In this document: positions 1 through 12,737 of the stretch, piece by piece
Numbering within the stretch: the first letter of the stretch is position 1
How the letters are laid out: every line of letters begins with the position of its first letter
Assembly (NCBI GenBank): GCA_024137785.1
Contig: JAHRHZ010000058.1
Span: 18,466,215 to 18,530,214, forward strand
Origin: Ginglymostoma cirratum
Taxonomy: Eukaryota
Reading direction: 5' to 3'
DNA length: 64,000 nt
Translations under genes and position numbers: made by a program
Notes under the pieces: model-generated
Told to the model about the DNA's origin: nothing
What the model saw: only the letters and a program-made list of their open reading frames with translations
The model's database searches: none

Positions 1-358
1 GGACATTGGAGACACCATGAATTTCTCATTGTAGTGTGGTTTTGACTACTGAAGGTAGCAGCTATTGTAAGGACAAGTACTTAAGAATCCCATTGGAGAA
101 GATGAAACTTGTTGAAGAGAAAACATTGTGTAAATATCTGGCAGCTTGAAATACTGGACAAATGCAGAAAACACCATTTTTGGTCAAGGTCGAGGATGAG
201 ACTTTTGGTTCCAAATAACTTTAAGTTGCATATTTCTCAAAAATTATTTTGAAGTAGGAGAATTGACTAAATGTTAATACAAACATGCAAAGTGAACTTT
301 CTTTGAGCTTGCGAGGCAGGACAAACTTTGCTAATGTAAGTATCATTCGATTCTACAG

Positions 359-496
359 ACATAAAAATGAAGCCGATGTGATTGAGCAGATAGCCAAGAA
401 TGCTAATGACACCTCAACTGAAGCTTACGAACTGCTGCGTAAAACATTAGCAGAAGAAAGTGAAATCACCAACACAATTGATGACTTAAACCGAAA
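359..496 (+). CDS. LAMC1: Laminin gamma-1 coiled-coil exon ((R)HKNEADVIEQIAKNANDTSTEAYELLRKTLAEESEITNTIDDLNR(K)); the gene starts upstream of the window
   Basis: Acceptor ctacag|, donor aa|gtaagt. The peptide matches the recalled LAMC1 segment RHKQEADDIVRVAKTANDTSTEAYNLL. Phase 2 joins the next exon. Confidence 0.95.
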
Positions 497-1973
497 GTAA
501 GTGGGTGATAGTAAATACTTTACACCTGAACTGTAAGGATGATTAGCATGTTTATAGTATTAATGAGTCAGGAATTTATGTCAGTTTATAATCTGAGAAA
601 TGAGATAAACACCTGCCAACCTTTGTACCAAAGGAAATATTTATTAAGATTGACGTCTGGGCACAGAGGATATAAATTACAATCGCAGGCTTTAAATTTT
701 TAATCTGTTATAATTGACGTTCAATTATCCTGATGCTTTCTAAATTGAAACAAGTTATTCTGACTGTCTCTGTAACTAGTCCTGAGGAGCAGTATTTGGA
801 TAGAGGAACCTGATTTGTTAAGAAAATAATTAATAGGAAGCATCTTTATGAGTTGAGTTTTTATTGAGTAACGTTTTTGAGCCATGATTGTAACTAATTT
901 CCATCTATTCTGTCTTAAAGTTAAAAGTCAAGGTGTAACTGACAAAGGTGCTAGTTTGTCAATAAACTAATTCCAGCTTGAAATCCCAGAGGTTGTGTTG
1001 TTACGAACATGCCATGCAGGAGTGTGCCAGATTCAGACATCCAACTGTCTTTGCACCAAGTGGTTAATAAGAATTTTACCCTAAGTATTGAGACACCTGC
1101 TGTGGATGGAAAGTTGCCAGCTTTTTCAGCCTGCTGATCAAAGAAGCAATAGACTAACAAGCTAATTCTAATTGCCAAGCATTCAGATGTCCCAGAAGGA
1201 TTTGGAACCCCTGAAATAGTCCTCGGACAATGTAATAAGCATGTTTAGAAAATGTACCGAACAGAAAAAATACATGCAGCAGATCGTGTTCCTAATGCAG
1301 AGGCCATAAATGCTTTCAATGGTACTACGTCTGTTAGTGCCTGTGAAATATTTCAACGATAGACATTGCGTTAATTTTTCTGTACTCATTTCCAATTTGC
1401 ATTTGCAATGTCTGCCCAAAGTGAGATCCTCTCCTTGAAAGAGTAGGTAGTCTTATTAAAAGGTAGTATTTTAACATTTGTGGCTGTTCATTGTATTCCA
1501 AGTCAGTTTTGATCTTGATATTCGTCAAATTTCAAAAATCACTTGAGCAAACTGGGGTGACATGGTGCCGTAAAAAGCACAGGGCAAAAGCTCTCAGGAC
1601 TTGGTTTGCTTGACCTTCTGGTGATCTTTGAAGCACTTTTGATTGCATCAGTGGAAAAGGCAAAAAAATCTGTCTTTTTGACAATGGAATAAAAATGTAG
1701 CTGGTTGAGATGGGATCTTGAAGGATATTGTGAATCAATCACCTACACGGATGTTGGTGCTCCTAATCTATTTTAGGCAGCAAATCTTACTTTCTGTGTA
1801 TTATAGAACCCTTCAAAATAAGCCAATCTCAGCAAGGATTGTTTAAAGGTGGAATTTCAGTGCAGGCGTTTAATAAAAACCTGTGTCGTGGTAAATTGGA
1901 ACATTTAGGATGTATTAATGGTTCTGCCTATAGTTACATATTGTATTTTAACTGATGTAAAACTCGTAAATAG

Positions 1974-2118
1974 GTATGATGCAGCAAAAAATATGTCCAG
2001 GGAGTTGGAAAAACAAGCTACCAAAGTACACAGTGAGGCAGAAGAAGCTGGCAGTAAAGCATTACAAATTTATGCTAATCTGACGAGTTTGCCTGTTGTG
2101 GACACCAAGAGTTTAGAG
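1974..2118 (+). CDS. LAMC1: Laminin gamma-1 exon (YDAAKNMSRELEKQATKVHSEAEEAGSKALQIYANLTSLPVVDTKSLE)
   Basis: Acceptor aatag|G, donor GAG|gtattt. 145 nt, frame-consistent; similar to LAMC1 YEQAKNISQDLEKQA. Confidence 0.95.
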
Positions 2119-2501
2119 GTATTTGGTTTTCTGTCTTATTTGCAATGTCTTTTATGAGAAGTATTTTGAAAGCTATAGGTGGAGAGGCTGAGCAGTGCTC
2201 TTGGAAACAAACACTAGGATTTCCCAATGGTCACCCACCTTGAATTGGAAGAGCAGAGGTTTGTTACAATGACATTACATTAACTAAGTGCCATAGTCTT
2301 TCAGATGCTTGGGGGAAGGTGGTGATAAATTGAAATAAGCACATAGTTTGTCAACTAAAGCAAATTATCCCATTTGCTAACTTGGTCAATCATAATAAGG
2401 AATGATGTTGTACAAACGGTCATATTTTATAATGAGAGTACTGTTGGGAGAGCTTGTAAGTTCTATGTAAACTAAAACAAAATGACATTCCTATCTGTTA
2501 G

Positions 2502-2651
2502 AATGAAGCAGAAAAGATTAAAAAGGATGCAGCAGACTTGGATGGTTTGATTGACAGAAAAGTGAATGATTACAATGACATGCGGGATGACCTGAAAGCA
2601 AAGGAAACTGAAGTTAAGAGCCTTTTGGAAAAGGGGAAAACTGAACAGCAG
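2502..2651 (+). CDS. LAMC1: Laminin gamma-1 exon (NEAEKIKKDAADLDGLIDRKVNDYNDMRDDLKAKETEVKSLLEKGKTEQQ)
   Basis: Acceptor tgttag|, donor CAG|gtaaaa. 150 nt, phase 0-0; LLEKGKTEQQ motif. Confidence 0.95.
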
Positions 2652-3389
2652 GTAAAACACAGATTCCAGCTTTGTTGTATAAATTTAAAACCTAACTGTG
2701 TTTGTGCACTTTGCTTAATTCTTTCCAGAATGTTTCATGTGAATAGAATGTTAATTCCACCTCCCTTTTTTCTCACAAATAAATTAGATTCTTTTTAATT
2801 TTTCTTGTTAGAATGTGGTGAAGGAGAGTGTTAGAAGAAGAGGATATGTGGAGGTTGACCTTGAATAAGGCATGCAAGCCTTGGAATAGGGAGTGATAAG
2901 CGAACATAATGAGCTATCACCAAAGGCCTAAATCAAAGATAGAATGGTAGCAAATTCTCGGTTGTTACCTTCATAGAGAAGTGAGCTCATTAACTACAGG
3001 CATTGTACAAGATACTAGAAACAGAACAGCCTATTGTTTTAGGAAGCTCACCTCATGTATCAATAAATTTGTTATTTGAAGAAATACTGACCGTTGGATT
3101 AGTTTAAAGTTCTGCTAAGAGGTTTTTTTAATTTGTCTGCGGGACATGGGTGTGGCTGGCTGCAGGAGCATTTATTGCCCATATGTGAATGTGTGGCGAC
3201 AAGGAGACTTGCACTGACTTTCTAATGAAGTGAGTTGTTGGATAAATGACAAATTCTATGTATAGACAAGTGAGATCTTGTATACAAAGCCAGAAAACTT
3301 AAGCCATCTCTACACCAAGCATAAGTACCCATTAAATTTAAAAAAGCTGAAAAGGAACCTGGTGTAGTTACCAGTTGCTTTAAAGGCTC

Positions 3390-3730
3390 AGAAACATTAA
3401 GTTGCAGACTTGAGGGAACTTACAGGCCATGGAATAAAAGTGACAGTATCAACATGGATACAAAATTGGCTGAGAAGTAGGCAACCAGGTGATGGTTTTT
3501 GGATATTATTCTTGCTAGGGGAAGGTTTATGGTGGAGTTGGCATTCAGGCCCTTGCTTTTCAGGATATATATTAATGATCTGGGGCTTGGTGTACAAGGT
3601 ACAATTTCAAAGTTTGTAAATGACACTAAACTTTAGAACTGAAAAATGTGAGTAGGATAGTTTAAACCTTTAAGAAGGATGCTGACAAACTGATGGACTG
3701 GACAGCTAGGTTGTAGATGGAGTTAGGTCT
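3390..3730 (+). mobile_element. Decayed CR1 LINE reverse-transcriptase fragment
   Basis: HGIKVTVSTWIQNWL followed by decayed LGPxLFxIYINDL and ISKFxxDTKL motifs. Confidence 0.75.
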
Positions 3731-4059
3731 AGAATCTGGTACCAATTGCTGTTAATTCTTTGATTACATGTATTGTTTGGTGGGGTTTAATTCTAAAAGG
3801 TACAGAGTTAAATCTCTTTTAGGGCTGAGAAGTTTTTTTTAAAAAAATCTGTCCTTGTGGGTGGAGCTGCTGCAGCTTGGATGGTTAACTGGGGCTAACA
3901 GTTAGTCTAATTTAAACCAGTTTCTAATCTGTATTATCTGAGAAGTACTAGTGAAAAGGAAAGTCAGAATAAGAGGAGGAGCTAACATTAACATAATGGG
4001 AGTATCTTTAAGATTAAGTAATTAGAAAAGTTAGCAAGTGAGACTAATTAAGTTCAAGA

Positions 4060-5910
4060 CGTGGCAGGTGAGGTCAATTGAGTGGAATGTGTGACTTCTC
4101 ATATGTGGGAAATCATGGATCCTGCCAGCATCCTAGATGCCAATGTGTGCAGGAAGTGCTCCCAACTGCAGAAGCTTGAGCTCAGTGTTTCATACCTCGA
4201 GTGGCAGATGGAGACATTGCCACATCTGTGAGACTGAGAGCACTGTTAGAGAGGGGCTCACACCACAACTCGAGGGACTGGAGGAAAGCAAAAATGGGTG
4301 ATAGCCAAACAGTCAAAGAGAATCTGGCAGGGAGTGCAGGAGTCCCCTGGGGTAATGCTCACAAATCTAGGTTTCCATTTTGGAAGCTGATGAGGGTGCT
4401 ACACTTCAAGGGAGTACAGAAAGAGCCACGTTTCTAGCACCACAGGAGGGGAGGAAGAAGACAACAGGAGCAATGGCATTAGGGGATTATTATTTAAGGG
4501 AACAGTTAGAACTGTATGCAGCCATGGACCTGACTCCAGAATGAAGTATTGCCTTCCTGGTGACAGAGTTAGGGATGTCAGTGAGTGGATATTGGGCATC
4601 ATGAAGGGGGAGGCTGACAAGACTGACATCATGGTACACAATCTACCTATATCATTGGAACCAGTGAAGGATGAAATTACATCAAGAATTTAGGAGCTAG
4701 GCAGTTGTCGAAAGAGCTGAACCTCACGGCCTGTAATCTCTGGAATGTTCCTGGTACCACGTGCTAGCGAGGGCAATCTGTGTGCGTGGAGCCAGAGGAC
4801 ATTGGTGGAATGTCAAATGAGTATTTCACATCTGTTTTCACTTTGGAGAAGGAAGGTATAGGTACACAGTTCAGGAACAGGGACTGCGAGGTTCTTGAGC
4901 AGTTTGATATTGGTTGTGAAGAGTTAGTGGACCCATTGCTATCTCAAACTTTTTGACAGGCTTAAACATGGATAAATCCAAACTGTATTCCAGGCTGCTG
5001 TGGGAGACAGGGAAATTACAGGGACTGTGGCCCAAATTTTTAATTCCATTCTGCCCACAGGGGACCTGCCAAAGGACTTGACAACTAATGTAGTTCCACC
5101 TTTTCAATAGGATGGTAGAGATAAACCAGGGAGTTACAGACCAGTGAGTCCCACATCAGAAGTAGGAAAACTATTGGAGAAAATTCTGAAAGAAGGAATT
5201 AATCTCCACTGCAAGAGGCAAGATTTGATCAGGGATAGTCAGCATGGGTTTGTCAGAGGGAGGTCATACCTAACAAATCTGATTGAATTTTTTGAGGTGG
5301 TGACTGGATGTGTAGATGAGGGTGGTGCAGTTGATGTCAAAGGCTTTGCTGAAATCTATATAAACAATAACATCCCAAATAGGAGACTGATGAAGAAGGT
5401 GAAAGCACATGTGATCCAGGGTAACTTGACAAGCTAGATGCAAAATTGGCTTAGTGGTTGGAATCAAGGGTAGTGTTAGAAGGCTGCTTATGACTGGAAC
5501 CACCCAGTGTCCAGTGGTGTACCACACTGCTGGGTTCTTTATTATTTGCTGATATAAATAATATAAAAGAAAATGTAAAAGGATGATAACTTTGTGGCTG
5601 ACACAATGGGCCAAGTTGTTGATAGTGAAGAAGGTGGCTACAGGAGGATATAGGCAGATGTTGGTCAAATCAGCAGATTAGTGGAAGATGGAATTTAACC
5701 CTGAGAAGTACATGGTGATTCACTTTGGAAGAAGCAACAAGACAAGGGAGTACTCAATGAATTGCAGGGCACCAGGAGGCTCAGAGGAACAGAGAGATCT
5801 TTGGATGCTTATTAATAGGGTAGTTAAGAAGGCATACTTGCTTCTATCAGTTGTAGAATAGATTGTAAGAGCAGGGAGGTTACAGCTGGGTAATGTGTGC
5901 AGTTTGGAAA
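4060..5910 (+). mobile_element. Internally deleted CR1 LINE (ORF1 Zn-finger/esterase remnant plus ORF2 RT)
   Basis: CRKCSQLQKLEL and YCLPGDRVRDVSE ORF1-like motifs; SPTSEVGKLLEKIL...DSQHGFVRGRSYLTNLIEFFE RT motif; many stops and frameshifts. Confidence 0.85.
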
Positions 5911-6049
5911 TCATAAAAGCATTGGAAAAATTTGAATAACCCAAATAATAATGGAACCTGAGGTTTATGGCTATAAAAAAAAAACTTGCAAGCTGTAATC
6001 CATAGATGACTGACAGGATATTCATTCTGATCTATTTTGTATCTTAAAG

Positions 6050-6164
6050 ACTGCTGACCAGTTGCTGGCCCGTGCAGATGCAGCTAAAGCCCTGGCTGAA
6101 GATGCTGCCAAGAAGGGAAAGGCTACCTTGCAGGAGGCTCAGGATATTCTGAAAAATTTGCAAG
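6050..6164 (+). CDS. LAMC1: Laminin gamma-1 exon (TADQLLARADAAKALAEDAAKKGKATLQEAQDILKNLQ); not in the ORF track
   Basis: Acceptor ttaaag|, donor G|gtctgt. 115 nt; TADQLLARADAAKALAE matches recalled LAMC1. Confidence 0.95.
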
Positions 6165-7216
6165 GTCTGTAAACTGATGTACCTAGTCTAATAAAATGTA
6201 ATATGTCCCCAATTTAAAAAAAGACTTTTGCCTTGACCATTTTCTAGTCAAGACCAGATGGTTCTTCTGGTTTGCTCTTAGAATTTAACAGCAGAATAAT
6301 AATACTAACATGTGCTATCATTAGAAGAACTCGGGAAAGAGAACAGAGAATATTTGTGTACTGAATGATTGATTGGAATTGGGCACTCTTTCTTTGGGTT
6401 GCAGTTTCTTTAAAATTGCACAACATTCTAGGTCAATACAACTGAGTTTTTTAAAACGAGTACATAGAGTTACCTCTTAACTACTTTGATTATTTATAGA
6501 TTTATGTTGATTAATTTCCTTTTCTAAAGTATTGTAGTGGGGATGTTTGTGAATAATTACTCGATTCTGGGACTTGAACACATAACCTTGTCTTTTGAGA
6601 TCTTGCATATGTAAACCTAGTCAATTGTAAAGTAACAATGACTGCAATTCGCAAGCATTCAATTGATTTTGAAGTAGTTTTGACAATCCTGAAAACAATG
6701 TTCTAGCAGAGATGTATGTTTTCTAGTTCTTTTCATGTCCTATTTAGATGTCCGTCTTCTTTGCATGATCAAGTTTAGCTTTTTTTTTTGTTTATTCTGT
6801 CACTTGTATAACTTGAGGAAAAAGTTACATATGCGTACATGGACAGAATAAAGCATCAGTATAATTACGTTTATACCTAGCCTTTCTGTTCAGTTAGCCA
6901 CACCACTCTGGTATTTGAATAGTAGCCTTAGAAGATGTTGTTTCCTTTCTTCGTCTTCCCTTCATCAACCATGCCCCCTCCTGCACCCTTTTTACCAAAG
7001 TGACTTATCTCAAGAGTGTGGTCACATGTACTTTTTGAAATGGAATGGACTTTTGTTGCTGTTTAAAATTTCTCCAGAGAGTAAAAAGAAAAATGCAGCT
7101 AATCTTGCCAGTGGTTACGCTGATGCCAATAAACGAATAAATATTAACCAAGGGAACAGCAGCTGCTCTGAATCATGTCCAAGTATTCATAGCCAAAATG
7201 ATTTATTTTCATTCAG

Positions 7217-7416
7217 ATTTTGACAAGAGAGTGAACGACAACAAGACAGCAGCTGAAGAAGCTTTGAAAAAGATACCAGGCATCAGGAAGACCATTGATG
7301 AAGCCAATGCAAAGACGAAACAGGCTGAGGATGCATTGGGTAATGCAAGAATGGATGCGTCTGAAGCCAAAAAAAAGGCTGAAGATGCAAAGAAAATTGC
7401 AGAACTGTTACAGGAG
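7217..7416 (+). CDS. LAMC1: Laminin gamma-1 exon ((D)FDKRVNDNKTAAEEALKKIPGIRKTIDEANAK...IAELLQE)
   Basis: Acceptor attcag|, donor GAG|gtaaga. 200 nt; VNDNKTAAEEAL motif. Confidence 0.96.
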
Positions 7417-8365
7417 GTAAGAAAGTTTTCATTTTGTGTCAACAACTTCAAATAATAATTGTGTCAAATCTTCTAAACTTCCTCGTAGCCTGCTTTCACT
7501 GGGTATTACTCTTGGAACAGCAAATTGTGTGTTATTCAGTGGAAAATTTTAATCCAATACCTTGGACCTTGATTCTTTCACCCTCATGTTTGCAAACACA
7601 ATATATTTAATACTTTAATATGTATTCGACCTTGAATTCTGGAAGATCAATTCAGAATGATATACAGTTGCAAATACTTTGTCTGGATTAGCCCACAAGA
7701 TACCTTGAAATTCCAAAAAAATTAAATTTTGTCTAGTTTTGTTATTACCTTTTAAAATGATACAATATCTGATAGAAATCTTAATTAAAGCTGCATATTT
7801 AAATTAACATAAAATTGAATATTATCATTTTTGTTATGGTGGGTGATTTCACCATCAACCCTCATTCCTTTGAAAATGGTGGCTGCTGATAGATATCTGT
7901 TCTACCTGATAACTGGATAAGAAGTACATGTTTGCTGTTATCCAGATCGAGATTGGAGTAGCAATACAGTTAGGCAATGTGTACTCTTAATCTTTGTAGT
8001 ATGAAATATCCATTGATTTAGATCTCCATGTTATAGGTGGTATCAACATTAAAATTTAGGTAACTAAATTAAAGGCAACATAGCTGATTAAAGTGAATGA
8101 ATTATATATCTGCAAGTGTATGTGAAGTTTTACACTGTCTTTTAAGGGTTTCTGGACAAATGTGTTACTGGAACAAAACTGTGACTATTACTATTCAGAG
8201 CATCCATGTTACCTGTTTCAGCAGGTTAAAGAATAATTGAGCATTTCAAAGAAAAACTGTAGGTCCAGACACGGTTGAGCCATTTCACTTAAGTGCCGCG
8301 GCCTTTTGATTAAGTACGGCTTTTAGCTGTTTGTTAAAATCCTTGGCCAATGATTGCCTTTGTAG

Positions 8366-8524
8366 GATGCTGCTAAAACAAAGCAGGATGCTGATGACAC
8401 CTTTAATGATGCCATGACCTTGGAAAGTGAAGTCAGTAACATGATGAATCGACTTAAAGAAGCAGAGGATGAACTTGTGGGGAAGAAGAATGAAGCAGAC
8501 CAAGACATGATGATGGCAGATATG
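8366..8524 (+). CDS. LAMC1: Laminin gamma-1 exon (DAAKTKQDADDTFNDAMTLESEVSNMMNRLKEAEDELVGKKNEADQDMMMADM)
   Basis: Acceptor ttgtag|, donor ATG|gtaagg. 159 nt; ADQDMMMA motif. Confidence 0.96.
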
Positions 8525-8665
8525 GTAAGGGTACTCAGATTTCTTAAAATTCATTGGCATGAAGAGCTGCCAGAATTATTTTTGTACAATTGGTCAATTA
8601 CATCAGATCAGAAATACATGATGCATTTTTAGAATTCTAACCATGATGTCTCATTGTTCCTTCAG

Positions 8666-8765
8666 GCTTCTCAAGCTGCAAAAGAGGCAGATGAGCAGGC
8701 AAGGAAGGCCAAAAAGGCTGTGCAGGGTGTGCTAAATACCATCAATAAGTTGTTGGAAGAATTGG
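8666..8765 (+). CDS. LAMC1: Laminin gamma-1 penultimate exon (ASQAAKEADEQARKAKKAVQGVLNTINKLLEEL); not in the ORF track
   Basis: Acceptor ccttcag| with branch-like ttctaac upstream, donor G|gtaagt. 100 nt, ends in phase 1. Confidence 0.95.
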
Positions 8766-10914
8766 GTAAGTATTAGTGGTCTTACGTTGCCTAACTTAGG
8801 CTGATCAAATGAAGCAACAGACTTGCATTACGTAGACACATTTAAGTTTCTGATAAAGGCTGGAGCTGGGCCTTTCCTTTGCATGGCTTCCAGCTACATG
8901 CATTTTGTTTTATGGAACAATTTCCCAAGTTTCTAGCCTCTTATGTTTGCGATTTTTCAATTAGTAGTCGTTGTGTCATTGGCACAAGTGTAAACAATGT
9001 AGCCACAGGCACAGTGCTTGAAGTAAAGTAGCTGGTGTTGAGCCACCACAGTGCCTTCAGCAACTTGACAGCAAATAGAGGCTGTCAGAAGCCCATGTCC
9101 ATCAGCAGTGAAGTGAGAGTTGCTGCCACCTACCATTCAAGCCAGTTGAGTAATTTCACCATTCTGTCAGTGTGAGGGTTGCAGCATTGATCAAAAAAAG
9201 GTTGATTGTGACATATGAATTCATTGCAAGTTTATATCATTGCTATAGGAACTCCCAGGCAAGCCAAACAGGATGTCATCTATAGAAACACTGAGAGCAG
9301 TCACTAAGAAAATGTTTCAGGCAGTAGAAAATGCAGCATTAGAGGTTTATCCCTGTTTGTGACAATGACAGCAATTATGACAAGTTAGGTTTTCTAGATG
9401 GCAGCCTCTGACAACCTATTAAAACAACTTGATTTCATAAAATTCTTAGGATGGTTTGATAACACACCTGACGATCTGCATTTTTTTTTAAATTAAGAAG
9501 GAGGTTAGTGTTTCTTCAAGATGAGCAGATATTGCATGATGTGAAATGTTCAGTGTGTTTTAAAACTAGCTTCCTGATACCACGGGACATTGTTGTGCAT
9601 GAGCTTTAACCTAGGCTAAAACTTCGTACCCAGTGATGAACGTTACCAGATAGCTGGTACTTTACAAAATACTGGTTTGTAAACAAAGTGTACTCTGGGA
9701 TAAGTTCACATTGCATCTGGTGTTGAAAAGTATAACAATTCTACAATGTAAAATAACTGCTCATTTAAAATGAAATAAGCCTGCAGTATAATTTTGAGAA
9801 ACAATTTTAATAATGTTGAATGTTTAATTTTGTCCTCCACCCTTTCTACAGTTGCCACACTTGTATTTGATTTTTTTTTTGAGAAAATGGTAGGTAGATC
9901 AATTCTGATCTTAACACAAAACCTTCTACACTTGCCTGATTTCTACAGTTGTTCTGCTTGGCTCATTCTAGAATGGGAGATGTAACGTATCTTCTTTCAA
10001 GGCACTTTGTGGGTTTAAACATTTTTGTAGAGATATTCCATTTATTTACTTGAAAATGCTGGAAGTAATCAGGCAGCGTCCGTGACCATATAGACAGGTG
10101 TTGTGTGACCTAAGTATTTCCAACATTTTCTGCTTTTAGTTTAAATTCCCAACATCCGTGTGATCCTATTTATTTAAATCAGACTTTTCATTCAACTTCA
10201 TTTTATCTTGGCTTATATGTCAATGAAGAATGATTCAACAATTCTGTGTACACCTATGCATCCAATTTGTCTTGTTAGTTTATACAAGTTTCCTACCTTC
10301 CCCAGATGTTTTGAGATTCTTTAGAGGGAAAACAGCCAAACTCCTCAATAAATACTTCTTCAGTCACTTTGGTACAAAGAAGTAGATTGACTGGTCCAGT
10401 GCAAATTTCCGAATTGGGTGTGTGAAGCTACAGGCAATCTTTCCCACCTTTACTGTCGACTTTTCCACTTCCATATTTCAAATTACTTGCCTAGATGAGC
10501 CCCAACACTCTATAAGCTCAAGAGACATCTGCACTTGTCCCAATATCTTGGTGTTCTGTCAGTAATTTGTCTGAATAACTAACAAAAGAACCTTGTCATT
10601 TAATATTCTAGAGAATGGAATTATTAGCTGCTTTCAGAATGATGTCTTGACATACAAAGCAGTTTAAAAAACAGTTGTCACAGCATTAGATCTTGTTTTA
10701 AACACTAATTGTGAAGTGAATTTAGACAACAAATGCGCAAATTAATTAATAACAGTAACACCTACAGTATAAAATCTACTACTTTATTCCTCAACAGGAA
10801 AACCAGTATTATTTACAGTCTCCACTAAATTGCTAAATCCTGAATTAATATCTAATATTTTAATGTTTTTATTTTATCCACCTTGAATCGAAAATAGAAA
10901 ATATAATCTCTAAA

Positions 10915-12115
10915 TTGTGAAAACTAGAAACGCTGGAGATACAAAGGGACTTTGGGGTCAAGGCACATAAACATCAAAGTGTCATGGATAGGAATAGAAA
11001 AGTAATCAAAATCTAATGCAATATTGGATTTTATAATGGATGTTTCACTTCACTGAGGGAGGCTAAGGTGCCATGACATCATGCACTTTTATAGAAATGT
11101 TGTAATTCAAACCTTTTGATAGCCTTGGTAGAATCTCCAAAGTTCACTGTGTCGTATTGTTGTTTAAGAATTTCTCCTGCACTCATTGCCTCCCATTGGT
11201 GTGTGTTAGAAGGATTTGCATGTTGGTACTCCTATTTTTTTTGGATGTCTTATGAACTCATCTTCCTTAGCCATCAAGTCCTGGGTGGGACTCAAACCTA
11301 GAGTTTCTGGCTTAGAGGCAGATTTCTATCCACTATGCCATGGCCACCTCCTTTATATCTAATGAGCTATAGTGCAAAGGAATGCAGCCTTGCTTCAGTT
11401 ATTATAACCTAGGTTAGAATGCACCTGGATTACTGTGCGCAGTTCTAAGATATATGGTCCATGGAGTACAGTGCCTGTCTACCAGAATAATACTTGCACT
11501 CCTAGGCTTAATGTACACATTTTCCTGAAATTTACACATTTATGTGGTGATTTGATCTGAGTTTAAGGTTTTATGGGAAATTGGTAGTGTAGATAGAACA
11601 ATTTCCTTGGTAATAATAACAGTGTGGAGCTGGGGGAACACAGCAGGCCAGGCAGCATCAGAGGAACAGGAAAGTTGACGTTCCAGGTAGGGGCCCTTCT
11701 TCAGAAATAATTTCTGAAGAAGGGTCCTGATCTGAAACATCAACTTTCCTGCTCCTCTGATGCTGCCTGGCCTGCTGTGTTCCCCCAGCTCCACACTGTT
11801 ATCTCTGACTCCAGCATCTGCAGTTCTTACTTTCTGTTAACTATTTCCGTGGGTTAGGGAATACAGGCGTCGGTTAGATTCTGAAATAGAAACAAAGTCA
11901 AATCTTTCAGGAGTGAAATTAAGAAACTTTTTATAACATACAGAAGATGGTAGACATTTTAAAATTGATGCTAGATTAATTGATTTTAAAAGTAAGTTTT
12001 TTGACAAATTTGATAAAAAGAATATGGGCAAAAGGAGTTAAATCACAGATCAGCTATCATGCCATGAAGTGACAAAGTAGACTCGAGAGCTAAATGACCA
12101 ATTCCTGTCTCTATG
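10915..12115 (+). mobile_element. Old CR1 3' portion, interrupted by a minus-strand tRNA-headed SINE remnant (~11040-11345) and a PLE palindrome
   Basis: Decayed QRDxGV and LVRxHLDYCAQF motifs, and a CR1-type 3' end (gactcgagagctaaatgaccaattcctgtctctatg). Confidence 0.65.
11615..11836. mobile_element. Penelope-like element end, head-to-head palindrome with two decayed hammerhead motifs
   Basis: Arms of ~93 nt invert around ~11708 and the right arm carries an extra ~30 nt tail. Degenerate 14-bp TSD: aacaatttccttgg (11597-11610) / aactatttccgtgg (11839-11852). Confidence 0.8.
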
Positions 12116-12737
12116 AAGCTTCCTTTGATCACAGTAATATTTGTGATTGAATGTTTAGCTTTGTTTCTACTCACATTTGTAATTTTGGAGACTGTTGATT
12201 TTTTTTAAAATTTGCAATGCTTCTGTAAAATTAGACAGAGGAATGCTTAATATGTTGTAATGATTTCAAGGGACAACTACCAAGTCAAAGCTAGTTAGAA
12301 ATGCTCTCTACCCTATCTGTTAGAAACAGCAAAATACACCACTCTGTCCAATCACTAGCAAAGTTAATGTTAACTCCCAGGTTGTGGCAGACATGAACAG
12401 CTACATCATAATACATCGTTTAGATAACAATTTATAATTTGTACAAATAACAACTTATCTGGTGGCCATCCAGTTAGGTTCAAGGGTGTTATTAATTTAA
12501 GATACATTGCAGTTTCTACATTTGGATTTTATAATTTATCTGTTACTCTTGTGCTTTGATCCCCTTAGATACTGAAATCTTTGAAAACAATGTTTTATTT
12601 CACGTTTTAAGACATTTATTGTAGCAAACCCACTAAAGGCCAAATCAATTAAATATTATTCAGTAGGCAGCTGATACAAAAGATGTTCCCACTCATAACC
12701 ATACATTACCATTCTGCAGAGTTCAGTGTAATAAGTA

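Noticed and set aside
7209-7451. Minus-strand ORFs over LAMC1 exons (also 2472-2660, 8285-8560, 8323-8508)
   Set aside because: Antisense shadows of coiled-coil coding exons, with no independent gene signals.
11540-11794. Recurrent peptide 'EHSRxSSIRGAGKL / RQLSCSSDAAWPAVF' in several ORFs
   Set aside because: Translation of the non-coding Penelope end repeat, not a protein family.
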